Positions 1 to 12,350 of a DNA stretch of 64,000 nucleotides are shown one piece after another; the first letter of the stretch is position 1; each line of letters starts with the position of its first letter. The translations under genes were made by a program, and so were the position numbers. The notes beneath the pieces are model-generated. The model saw only the letters and a list, made by a program, of their open reading frames with translations. It did no database searches and was not told where the DNA came from. This DNA is from the human T2T-CHM13v2.0 reference genome, Homo sapiens: the NCBI RefSeq assembly GCF_009914755.1, contig NC_060935.1; one strand, given 5' to 3'.

Positions 1-229
1 ACCCACGCACTAGCAGCTGGGCAGGATTAGGGTAGGCCTTCTAGAACAGTACTGCTGCTGAGAGGCTAAGGCAGTCACAGATTACCTCCAGAATAACGGA
101 AACTCCTGCACCATAAATGACATAATAGCTCTAAGATGTTTTGCATAGTGCCTGACACCTGGTGAGAACACAATGTTAGACATTTTTGCTCTCCTTATTC
201 CAGCTTGCTCTTACTTAAGGAGCACAAAG

Positions 230-445
230 ACAGTGTAAAGAACACAGGTTTTAGAATCAGAGATTGGATTTGAATTCCAGCTATGCTACTTCCTAGCTAA
301 GTGACTAAAGGAAGCAATCTTTCTGAGCCTGTTTCTCACCTATAAAATAGGGTATAGTACATCACCCCTCATGTGGCTTTGTGAGAATTAAGGATATATT
401 ACATACAAAGAAGTGTCTGGCCCATAGTAAGTGCCCACTAAACAG
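230..445. mobile_element. MIR SINE remnant
   Basis: ggatttgaattccagctatgctacttcctagc...tctgagcctgtttctcacctataaaatagggta resembles the MIR core; boundaries approximate. Confidence 0.6.
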
Positions 446-1619
446 CAGTCAACATTGCCCTGCTGCCGTCCCCACACCTCTTCTCCTTCCTAGCTGCTCT
501 TGATGGGTTCTGCAATCTGATTTCACCTGGATACCACACTAAGGGTGAGAAGGGGCAGAACTTCAGGGGTGGAGGAAAGTGAGGGAAGGGAAATGCTGGA
601 GACCTTCCATAGAAATCCAGCCAAGTCCTCAGCTCCTTTCAATCATCCTACTCTATCTGGCTGCTCCATCCAGCAGACAGCAGGGGTCACCATCCTGGTG
701 GGGAATGGCTGCCAACAAGGGGACGGGAAGCTGGATGGCAGTTTGCATCCACCCCACCTTCCAGGGTCTATCTGTCTGAAGCCCCACCGGGCTTCCTCTG
801 CACATCCCTGCCGGGCTGTGTGGCTCAGGGGGCTGACAGGGTGATTCATAGCCTGTTCTTATCTAGGCTTCTATCTCAACCCTGCGCCCAAAGCCCTGGA
901 GGCTGCTGGTCACAAACCAGCACTAAATGAAAAGAAGAACTTTTCATTAAGGCAGGAAGTGGAGCCCCTCAAGGTCAAAGGGGATTTATAAAGAGAGGAG
1001 GAAAGAAAGGGAAGACGCGGCAGGATGGGTGCAGAGAAAGAGAGACCCACTTCCTATATGCTGGTGGAGCCCTGTGTCTTAGACGCTAAAAACAGTCGCT
1101 TTTCCACTTCAAAGGATGATAAAGCCCACTCGTGTAGTTTATAGCTCGCCGTGGGACGAGGTGTGGGTATGGAAGAGAATTCCAAAACACGTCTTATTTT
1201 CAAAGGAGAAATCATCATCCCCTGGCCGGCCCTTCCCAACACCCCACCTGTAAACAGGTGCTGACGCTCCTACCTTTCTGCACCTGAGCAATCTGGGGGC
1301 AGTTACTCTGCAGCCAGGTCTCCCCAGCACCCAGCCCCAAGCCCAGGTCAGTCCCTGAAAGCCCTAGAAAACGCGATAGCTCAGCAGAACCCTCGCCTAC
1401 CCGGGCATCCCAGCTTCCTGGCCGCCTGGGCAGCGGAGGTGGCTCTGGAGTAGGTGGGAAACTGAGGAAAGGAGCTTTCCCCGTGCCAAAACGCAGTTCC
1501 CATTTTAGAACTGGTTAGACTAAGGAACAACATTCTACACCACCTCCCTCACTTAACAGAGGAGGAAGCAGAGACCAAGAGAGGGAAACAAAGTTGCCCG
1601 AGGTAACACAGCGAGTGGG

Positions 1620-2300
1620 CCAAGTAGAGACTGGAACCCGAGTGCGCACCTCCGAGTCGCTGCCGGGCAGGGAGCGCGCCTCGCCGTCTCTCTTGTCTTC
1701 TGGCCCCCAGCCCTCGGCCTGGCGGTGCAAACCGCGCAGCCCCGGGCGCGGCGCGTTACCTTCCCCCGGGCAAGGCGTTGCGAGCCTTCACTCTCCCGAC
1801 GGACGCTGGCGGCACGGCCCGGGTGTCGCCCGGCACTGTCAACGCAGAGCGGCGTGCGCGAGTCCCTCCCCGCTACCCCCGCCCCCGGCGGGCGGTGCGG
1901 TGGGGCCGGTCCCGGGTGCTCGGGCCAATGGCGCTTCGCCCGCTCCCCGCCCCGGCCCGCCCCGGCCTCCTCGCCCGGCACACAGCGCCTGCCAGCCCCT
2001 GCCCTCTCCCCTTCCCTCCCTTCGCCCTCCGCCCCCGCCTGCTGCTTCTCTCCGGTTCCTAGCCTCCTTCTCAAGTGTACCTTGCCCCGAAACAACCTGT
2101 TTTCTGTGCAAATAAAGCAGCACTGTTGTTATTGTTATTATTATTTTTATCACGGCGCGTTAGGGGGCCTTGGAGCCCGAGAGTGTGGAGCACTAGGAGC
2201 CTCTGCACTCCGAGAAGGGACAGCCACCGCGCAGGGAAAGGGGCGCGGAGGGTATGGAGCCCGGTCATGGGGTAACTTGCTTTAACCCTCGGGACGTCAA
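1620..2300 (-). promoter_or_regulatory. SYTL2: CpG-island promoter of a minus-strand gene (probably SYTL2)
   Basis: Dense CpG/GC; CCAAT at 1925-1929; several CCGCCC GC boxes at about 1878-2038. Gene name inferred from recalled head-to-head adjacency with CCDC83; no coding sequence of it is in the window. Confidence 0.65.
1760..1900 (-). other. SYTL2: Putative non-coding first exon of the minus-strand gene (TSS approximate)
   Basis: Minus-strand donor AAG|GTAACG (plus strand cgttac|ctt; intron starts at 1759) just downstream of the CCAAT/GC boxes. Confidence 0.5.
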
Positions 2301-2514
2301 TTTCCTCACATGTGAAATAGAAGAAGGGGGGAAAAAAGTTGTTGAGAGGACTAAATGAAGTGATGCTTTAAAATACAATAATACCTAGAGAAAGGTGAGG
2401 GCGTCATGCACTGCCTGAGCTACTTACTGGGGTATGCACAGAGGACTGGTAAGCTCCTGGAAGACGCTGTGTGGCAGGGAGGCAGACAATGCAATACAGT
2501 AAATACAATATTGT

Positions 2515-2841
<327 letters not shown>

Positions 2842-4280
2842 CTATTTTTTACAAGTTACCCATGATGGGGCCAGCCCAGGCAAACCTCTGAAGGAGATGA
2901 ACCTTAAAGCCTTTTTCCTTATCATTTCCTGGACTAGTGTTGTCCATTTAACTGAGGGTGGCCCAGGTCTGCCTTTGGTTCTTCCAAAGGTCTTCCTTCT
3001 CCCAAACTTACAAATACTTATCCCCAAGGGCTTCAGTTAGTGCCCAGTGCAGGCTGCTAGCCTGGCCCAAGAGTCCTGGCACTGTGCAGAGATGTGTATT
3101 CTGGCTTCCTTCAGCCTTTGAGAGCCTGGTGTGTCCCTGTGCTGGGTGAGCATGCCACATGCAAAAGAGGAATAAGCCACTGGTCTTGCCTTTGAAGAAA
3201 CAAATTTGTAAATAATTTCATTTTAGGGTAAGTGTTATAATAGGTTGACAAAGTGTTGTAGAGTCACTACGCTGAAGGAGGGGGACAATAAAAAATACAA
3301 ATGTGACCAAGGTAGGTCTTGAAGGAGGGCTACAAATTAGGTCAGATTGAAGGGGTGACAGAAGACTGGGCACAGAGAGGCAGGCAGAGACATGGAGATG
3401 CCTGTCATATGTCACGGCTATTGCACAGGATTTGGGACAATGAGGCAGAGATGAAGCTAAGGAGGTAGGTGGGCAGATGTTGGAGGAGTGGCTGTACCTG
3501 CCTTGCTGAGGGAAGCAGGCTGTGTCCTGTTGGTGATGGCTGTTGGCGAATGATTTTAGGCAGGGGAGTAGCGTGACCTCAGATGCTTTTGGTACTTCAC
3601 TTTTATTGTTGATTGCACCTGCCTTGGTTATCCCCTTCCTGCCCCTCTCTAGCTCTGGAGGGCAGGCACTGGGTCTTGCTCACCTCTGGGTGCCTTGTAT
3701 CATCTGGCATAGGACTTTGAAGGAACTAAATACATGCTGTTCCCAGTATCACTCGTCCCCTGGAAACAAATAGCAATGCCTAAATGCTAGAGAGGGTCAC
3801 AGGATCCTTGCTTCAGGTTGTGGGGCAGGCAAGTGGGGGAGAAATTTTAAGGCAGGGTCTTGTTATGGCTCCCAATTCATCTAAATCTTGTATGGCTCAG
3901 AGACTAAATCTTAGAGCTCTTGGCCAAGATCCAAATGCTGTTAGAAATGTCAATTTCTAATAAGACCTTAGACCAATTACTCAACCTCCCTGTGCTTCAG
4001 TTTGCTCATTTGTTAGAGAGAAAATAATTGCACTGCTCTCTCAGGCCTACTGTGAAGATTAAAAGAAGATGCACATGTTTAGCATGATGCCTTGCACATA
4101 CAGTGCACTGAAAAAGCCTTGGTTAACACGATCATATCAAGTCAGCAATGGCCTGTTCCACTTATCCCATAGGAACCCTTCAAAATGGTTTACATATAAG
4201 TGACACTTAAACTTTAGAGAATTCTAGGTTGACATTGAAGGGGAAGGCAAGAGGGTAGGGATAGCATGGTGTAAGGTTAA

Positions 4281-4703
<423 letters not shown>

Positions 4704-6523
4704 TAAGTCACTTAACTTCTGTTAGCGATTGTTCTTCTATAAAATAGAAGTAGTCATATTACCTGCCCCATGCCAAGGAGATAACACATAACACATATAG
4801 CATATTGCCTGGCCCAAGGTAAGATCTCAATTCCTGTTAGCTAATGGTGTGATAATGGTTGGAAGAGAGTTATTATAGTTTTTGGAAAGAATAATCTCCA
4901 TGCCTCTGCCTGCCTCTCTGCACCCCAGTTTTCTGTCACCCCTTCCAGATGACCTAACTTGTAGCCCTCCTTCAACATCTACCTTGGTCACATTTGAATG
5001 TAAGCTTTTATTGTCCCCCTCCTTCAGTGTATGTGACTGTAACTAATATATTGGAAAGGGGAAATGTAATCCTGGAAAAAACTAAACCTACATGTAAAGG
5101 TTGGTGCTGGATCTGTGAAAACTAACTGGGACAGGAGTAGAAGTGAGCTTAGAAAACTGCAGGTAGGGCATGGGCCTGAAAGAGTTTTGTAGGTAGACTT
5201 ATTTAAGTTGAGAACCCCTGTCTGAACAAGGATAAGATTCTTGTAGCTCTATGGAACTGAACAAAATGGAATATTGTTTGCAGAATTGAGTATGACCACT
5301 CTCTGAGCTGCCTTCTTGGAATGGTGGAAGGCTGGTGCTTTTAAATGATAATCTGAAATTTAACCCCTAACACCACCCAACACCACCTGTGACTTTGTAG
5401 AGTCACAGGCACATTGCTAAATCGTTTAGTTTTATCAGCTAGTAAGTAAATATTTATTGGTAGCATAAGCTAGGTGTGGTTCCTTCAAGCTTGAAATATC
5501 CTTCCCTCTGTTTCTGACCCAAGGAATCCTTCTTATGCATCAAGGCCTAGGACAAGTGTCACCAGATTCACCCTCCTAGACTGAAAAAATTAATCCTTGC
5601 AACCTCTCCAATTCCCATGGTGTATTCCTCAAGCATTTTCTTGGCATCGATTTCATCCTGTCTTTATAGTTACTTGTCACAGGATCTGCCACCCCCTACT
5701 AGTTTTAAAGCTCACCCACTTCTGGGACCCCTTCTTTCTCTTGTATTTCTTCTTACCACCTCCATCCTTCTCCCCACCTCATTGATACCCAAAATGACTT
5801 ATACACAATAGGCACTAAATAAATGCTTGATAAGTTGCATTGACAAACAGGTCTCTCATAGTATGCATGTTACAAAGAGCAGCACTTTTGCCACAATGAA
5901 AAAGTAAAAGAACCTTTCTCTTAAAGACATGACTTTGTCTTTAAGCTATGTGAATTTATAACTTCTTAACCACCAGAAATTGTAGATATTGCTAAAATGC
6001 TATATAATTATATCTGGCATGGTAATGTGGTTAGATGACTTATACCAGTTACGTATCAAATGTACAGCATTTAAAACACAATTTAGTCATGGTACTGAGT
6101 CACCAAAGCAAGAATTTGGTTTTTTAAATAATTTGTAAATACTGAATATTCTTTTAACTTTCAAAAGTATAAAACTTTGGCCTTGAATCAAATTGTGTTA
6201 GCAATCTCTCCACAGTCTTTAATAATGCCTTGAACTTCTACAGCTCTTTGTATTTTTCAAAGCCCTTTCACTTTGATTATCTTGTTTGATCTTCATTCAA
6301 CCCTATGATGTAGGAAGCGCAGCTATTAGTGTCTGCATTTTACAGATGAAGATAGGAGGCACATGAGAGGATCAGGCCCTTAAACCAAGGCCAAATTGCA
6401 AATGACAAAGTCAAGGTTAGGACCCACGGATCTACTACACCAGAGGTATTTCATATATTCATGAAAACTGTGGCATCATTATGTATCATCTTTATGAGCA
6501 ACAATCTCATATATTATAATTTA

Positions 6524-6985
<462 letters not shown>

Positions 6986-7097
6986 TCAACATTACACTTT
7001 TTTAAAAACCTCTAGGTTTCCTCTATAACTGTTTTAGAACAGATTTTGTTATTTTGTTTAATGAAAAAAACAAATATTACTTCAAAAAATAGAGGAC

Positions 7098-7322
7098 CTC
7101 CACTTATATGAGGTACCTAGAATAGTCAAAAGCAAAGAGACAGAAAGTAGAATAGTTGTTACCAGGGGCTAGGGAGGAGAAGGTAATAGGGAGTTACTGT
7201 TTAATGGATACAGAGTCTCAGTGTGGGACAATGAGAAAGTTCTGGAGATGTTCTGCATACACGTGCAAAACAATGTGACTGTACTTCATACCATAGAACT
7301 GTACATTTATAAATGGTTAGAA
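7098..7322 (+). mobile_element. Old L1M 3' UTR fragment
   Basis: ccacttatatgaggtacctagaatagtcaaa...gagacagaaagtagaat...gttaccaggggctagggagg is typical of L1MB/MC 3' ends. Confidence 0.8.
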
Positions 7323-7323
7323 T

Positions 7324-7630
7324 GGCTGGGTACAGTGGCTCACGCCTGTAATACCAACACTTTGGGACGCTGAAGCAGTAAGAACGCTTGAGCACAGGAG
7401 TTTGAGACCAGCCTGGGCAGCATAGTGAGACTTGTTCTCTACAAAAAATAAAAATAAAAAATAGCTGGACGTGGTGGCACATGCCTGTGGTCCCAGCTAC
7501 TCAGGAGACTGAGGTGGGAGGATCACTGGAGCCCAGGAGGTCAAGGCTACAGTGAGCCATGATCATGCCACTAAACTTTCCAGCCTGGGTGACAGAGCAA
7601 AACCCTGTCTCAAAAAAAAAAAAAAAAAAA
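7324..7630 (+). mobile_element. AluJ
   Basis: gaggtgggaggatcactggagcccaggaggtcaaggctacagtgagc, poly(A) tail. Confidence 0.95.
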
Positions 7631-8018
7631 AGACCATCTTATAAGAGAGTCTTTCTGGTAGAAGAAGTCTAGTTATAATGTCATAACCCATGACCTTTTT
7701 AGTTTTATTTATTTAATCTTTGAAATTCATCTTACCTAAGAGCCCCTCTGCACCTACTGCAGAAGAGAAAACAGTAATCTGTGTAGTGACTCTTACTAAC
7801 TTTTTAAAATAATCCAGAATGGGGTTGAGCACTTGTGTGACAAAGTGAGATCCTGGTAGATTATTACAGCTACTACTATTTGAGTACGTCCTACCTGCCA
7901 GGAACTAGACTAAATTCGTGTATACCCATTATTTCATGTAATCATCTAAGCAGCTCTCAGTGGTTACAGATGAGAAGCTGAGTTATATGAGGGTAGTTAC
8001 TTACCCAAGGATACACAG

Positions 8019-8277
8019 CCTGTGCTGTTTAAAATGGTAGCCACCAGCCCCCTGGGGCTAGTGACTAGTCTAGATTGAGACGTACTGTAAGTGTAAAATA
8101 TATACACACACACACCCCTCATCAGTAATTTTGTATTGATTACATGTTGAAATGATATTTTGAATATATTAAATGAAATATGTTATGAAAATTAATTTCA
8201 TCTGTTTATTTTTACTTTTTAGTGTGGCTACTGGAATATTTTAAATTAAATATGTGGCTTATATTATATTTCTTTTG
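8019..8277. mobile_element. hAT-Charlie MITE (MER33-like)
   Basis: ctgtgctgttt..atggtagccacc...tattgattacatgttgaaatgata...gtggctactggaatattttaaatt. Confidence 0.65.
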
Positions 8278-8593
8278 TAAAGGCCTGCTTGAAGCTGACT
8301 GGGTACATTCCCTACCTCAGTTTTCCCACTTGGGAGAAGAGGCAGTCAGCTCTATTTCTCATTGTTTCAGTGGCAAGTTCTCCCATCACCTCCTTCCTAC
8401 CACGGTGCCACATCCAGAGAGGGACTTGTGAGTTATTGTATACAGGATAAGAGAGTCATGTTGAAAGATCTTACATCTGTGTTAGTTACTCTGCTTTAGA
8501 ATTCAAAGCACAATAATTACAAAATGTTATCATTGCTACTGACTGGGGTTTTTATCCCCTGTTTATTTTCAAGTACAGAAGGACCTTTGTGTC

Positions 8594-8898
8594 TTTTCTT
8601 TTTTTTTTTTTTTTTTTGAGACAGAGTCTCACTCTGTGGTCCAGGATGCAGTGCAGTGGTGTGATCTTGGCTCACTGCAACCTCTACCTCCCGGATTCAG
8701 CGATTTTCTTGGCTCAGCCTCCCAAGTAGTTAGAATCACAGGCATGGACCACCATGCCCAGCTAATTTTTGTAGTTTTAGTAGAGACAGGGTTTCACCAT
8801 GTTGGTCAGACTAGTCTTGAACTCGTGACCTCAAGTGATCCACCTGCCCCAGCCTCCCAAAGTGCTGGTATTACAGGCGTGAGCCACCGTGCCTGGCC
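8594..8898 (-). mobile_element. AluS
   Basis: Poly(T), then gagacagagtctcactctg...gagccaccgtgcctggcc. Confidence 0.95.
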
Positions 8899-9352
8899 AG
8901 AGGAACCTTGATTAACCATACACTTCAAGGATGAAGTGCGTGGTGCACATGAGACATACACATGAAACATAATTTTGTTACATCCCTTGTTTATTAAATT
9001 ACTCATTCATGTACTTATTTCATATTATAAATACTTATTGAATGACCATTATATATGGTATATTGCTATGAAGAATTCAAAGATGAATCAGATTAGGGTT
9101 TGCTGTTGATTCTCTTTCAAAAATAGTTTATTTCCTTGCTTTTTATATTGAATATCACAGACAACGTAAGTAAAAAGCCCTGGACCGGGGGTCATATGGC
9201 CAAGAATCTAGTTCTGGTTTTATGTAAAAATCAGCAGGTCTCTTCAACTCTGAATCTCAGATTTTCCATCAATAAAAATTGGAAAGGATGGAAAAAAATA
9301 TCCACTTGCCTATAGTAAAAATGTAAATAAGATCATGGTAATGTATAAATTA

Positions 9353-9395
<43 letters not shown>

Positions 9396-9404
9396 CCTAT
9401 CTAT
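9353..9404. repeat. (TATC)n tetranucleotide microsatellite
   Basis: About 12 tandem ctat/tatc units at an Alu tail. Confidence 0.95.
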
Positions 9405-9572
9405 TTATTTATTTAAGACGGTCTCGCTCTATCACCCAGACTGCAGGGAAGTGGTGTGATCATAGTTCACTGCAGCCTTGACCTCCCGAACTCAAGCATT
9501 CCTCCCACCTCAGCCTCCAGAGTAGCTGGGACTATAAGCATGCACCACCATACCCAGCTAATATTTTGTATT
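9405..9572 (-). mobile_element. Alu right-arm fragment (AluJ/FRAM)
   Basis: agacggtctcgctctatcacccagactgcag...cccagctaat. Confidence 0.85.
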
Positions 9573-9996
9573 TATTAAAAGATACTGAATTTGAAGTCAG
9601 AGATTTGTCTTTTCTTCTGGACCCTACTAACAACATACTGTGTGGCCTTGAATAGGTCATTTAACCTCTCCTGCCTCGGTGTCCTTATCTCTAAAAATAA
9701 GAAGTCAGGCTGCATAGATTCCAAGATCTCTTCAGCTCAAAATCCCAGGTTTTAAGAGTTTATGATTTTTAAGACAGTCACTCTCTGAAGATCAGCATTT
9801 AAATTTACCTGTCATAATTTTCATATCAATTCTCTAGTCATAGATCTTATAGGGTTTAAACATATAAAATACTAGTAGCTTTTCTGAAAATTGTGCTTAC
9901 TTGTTTGCAAAAAAATCTCTGCTTCAGATTATGTTACCCTCTGCATCTTTAAAAGACAAATGGAAAAGGAAAAATATTAAAGAAATTTAAAACAAC

Positions 9997-10428
9997 TGTT
10001 TCAGTTATCTATTGGTATGCTTGCTGCAAACCACTCCAAAATGCAGTGGTCAAATGATGATTTATAATTTCTCACGATTCTGTGGGTTGGATGGTTCTGT
10101 TGCCGCACTCACTACTTGGGATTCCTTATGCGGCTGCACTCAGCTGAGAGCTCAGCTGAGGGTGGAAGCCCCAAGATGGTCTCTCCTTCTCCTAGGCCTC
10201 TGCCCACATGGCCTCTCATTCAGTAATTTAGCCTAAGCTTTTCACATGGCTGCTGGATCCCAAGCATTGCAAGAGTCAAGCCTCAATGTGCAAGTGTTTA
10301 TGTCATGCTTGCTAATGTTCATTTGGCCAAAGCAGGTTTTGTAGCCAAGTTCAGTATCAATGTGGGAGGGCCTGAATATCTGGAAGCATGTTTCATCAGG
10401 GACCACCAATGTAACAGTCTGCTGCCAC
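9997..10428 (-). mobile_element. MLT1-family MaLR solo LTR
   Basis: tcagttatctattg...aaaccactccaaaa...tctcacgattctgtgggttgg...ttggccaaagca...ctgccaca. Confidence 0.75.
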
Positions 10429-10749
10429 AACTTCCATTCAACTGGATTCTAGTTAACTGAGATCTCATCCCTCTCTCTCATGCTCTAACATAAATCATTC
10501 CATCTTCTACTTACATGCTTTGTGCATTCTTGTATTTCTGCATATGTAACACTCCACTTTAATTATTGTTTATATTTTGGTGTTCACTCTCCAAAATGGA
10601 AGTTTCATGAATAAGGGAAGAGACAGTATCTTATTCCTCTCTCTCAATGTCCAGCATCACTGTCTCTGCATGAGGGACACTGCACTGAATTGAATTTTTG
10701 AGAACTTCACCAAATACAAAGCGCAGATCATTTCATTTTAGATTGCAGC

Positions 10750-11116
10750 ATGGCAAGGATTCCTAACCTAGGTTCTTTATTTTCATCAATGCCTATTTGA
10801 AATTTAGCATTTCCTTCCATTATAAATGTAAGCAACAACCCACAGTAGTATTATCAGTAGATGCAACTTTATCACCAATAGAAATCTCACATTTTTATTT
10901 AACACTACAGTTGACTTGTTGCAGATATTGTAAATACTAAATTTTTAAAAATAACTTTAAAATAATTTGAACAACGATTTAAATATAATTGATTTTCTAT
11001 GTAATCCTGGGTATTTTATTTTATTTCATTTAGAAACATTATTCTGAGAAGGAGCACATGGGTTTTACCAAACTTCCCAGACTGCCCATGGCAAAATAAA
11101 GATAAAGAACCCCTGC
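10750..11116. mobile_element. hAT-Charlie DNA transposon remnant
   Basis: aaacattattctgagaagg...ccagactgcccatggcaaaataaagataaagaacccctg terminal motif. Confidence 0.55.
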
Positions 11117-11182
11117 CTAGAGTGAGCACCTGATTTGGAAGACATTTAATACCCAGAAAAAGAATCTATTTTCCACCCCATA

Positions 11183-11335
11183 GAAGCAGCATCAGCATCA
11201 CCTGGGAACATGTTAGAAAAGCAGATTATCAGGCTCTACCACAGACATTCTAACTCTGGGGGTGAGGCCAAGCAGTCTGCACTTCTGTAAGCCTTCCAGG
11301 TGATTCTGGCATGTACGAGAGTTTAAGAGCCATTA
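11183..11335. mobile_element. MER5A
   Basis: gcagcatcagcatcacctgggaacatgttagaaaagcaga...ccaggtgattct. Confidence 0.8.
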
Positions 11336-11649
11336 AACTAGGAAAAATAGTTGCATCTGAGGTATACAGGGGTTGCTAAAGCCTATTTAATCAATCAGTA
11401 AGTATTGATAAATACTGATGTGTATCTCCTATTCCTCAGCACTGGGAAACATACCACAAGAAAACGTTCTACATCTTCATTTGAGAGATGTATACATACG
11501 TAAAAAGACTTTAGGCTGCACACTTAAGATTTGGGCACTTTACTAAATGCATGTTATATCTCAATTTTTAAAGTAAGTATACTGTAGGAGACATATAAGA
11601 GTTCAGTGCATAATCCCTGCCTTCAAGGAACTTTTCAATCACTTTAGAA

Positions 11650-12350
11650 ATCCATTTATCCAATCATTTATTGAGTGCCAGGCAGGGTGCTGCATGCTGG
11701 GGGATACAACAGTGAATGAGCCAGGCATGAAGTCTGTCCTCATGAAGTGTACTTTCTAGTGGGTGAGTCAGTGAAATAAACAGGCAACTCTGAAACAGTG
11801 ATAACACCTATTAATTATGAATAATATCCATACTAGTTACCATATTTCATTGATTCTAAGATGCACATCTTTTTTTATAGCTTAACATTTCTGAAATAAG
11901 GATGTGTTCTGCATTCTACAATTGCCAGTTTAATTAGAAGTGTTTTTCTAATGGTACATAAAGTAATGGTTTATCTTCAGTTTAGAGCATCTTATAGATT
12001 CTAAAATATTAAGTATCACAGGAGTTCAGAGACATGTAGACCAATAAGGACTCCAGGAGTCAAAAAAGGGAAAGGTGAGACTTGAGCCACGTTAAAGAAA
12101 GAGTAGGATTTTTAAAAGAGGAATAACAGGGACAACTGGAGGTGAAGGCACCAGAGCTGGGAGAAGCAAGCCGTGATTGAGAGACACAGGTTCCAGTGGG
12201 ACAAAGAAGGCGAGTGTTAGGAAGCAAAGGGAGCAGAATGGCCAGACATGTTAAAATCAGATTATAAAAGGCCTGGAAAGTCCAGCAATGGTACAGTTAA
12301 ACATAACAAGCAACTGAAGATTTCTGAGCAGAAGAATGAAAGAAGCTTAA
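11650..12350. mobile_element. L2 fragments (interrupted by MER104)
   Basis: catttatccaatcattttattgagtgccaggc...ctgtcctcatgaagtgtactttctagt. Confidence 0.55.
11840..12010. mobile_element. MER104 (Tc2-type MITE)
   Basis: ccatatttcattgattctaagatgcaca...tggtacataaagtaatgg...gcatcttatagattc with inverted ends. Confidence 0.7.

Noticed and set aside
1515-2285. Overlapping 70-186 aa ORFs on both strands
   Set aside because: Pro/Arg/Gly-rich stop-poor frames expected in a CpG island; mostly non-ATG starts; no recognisable protein
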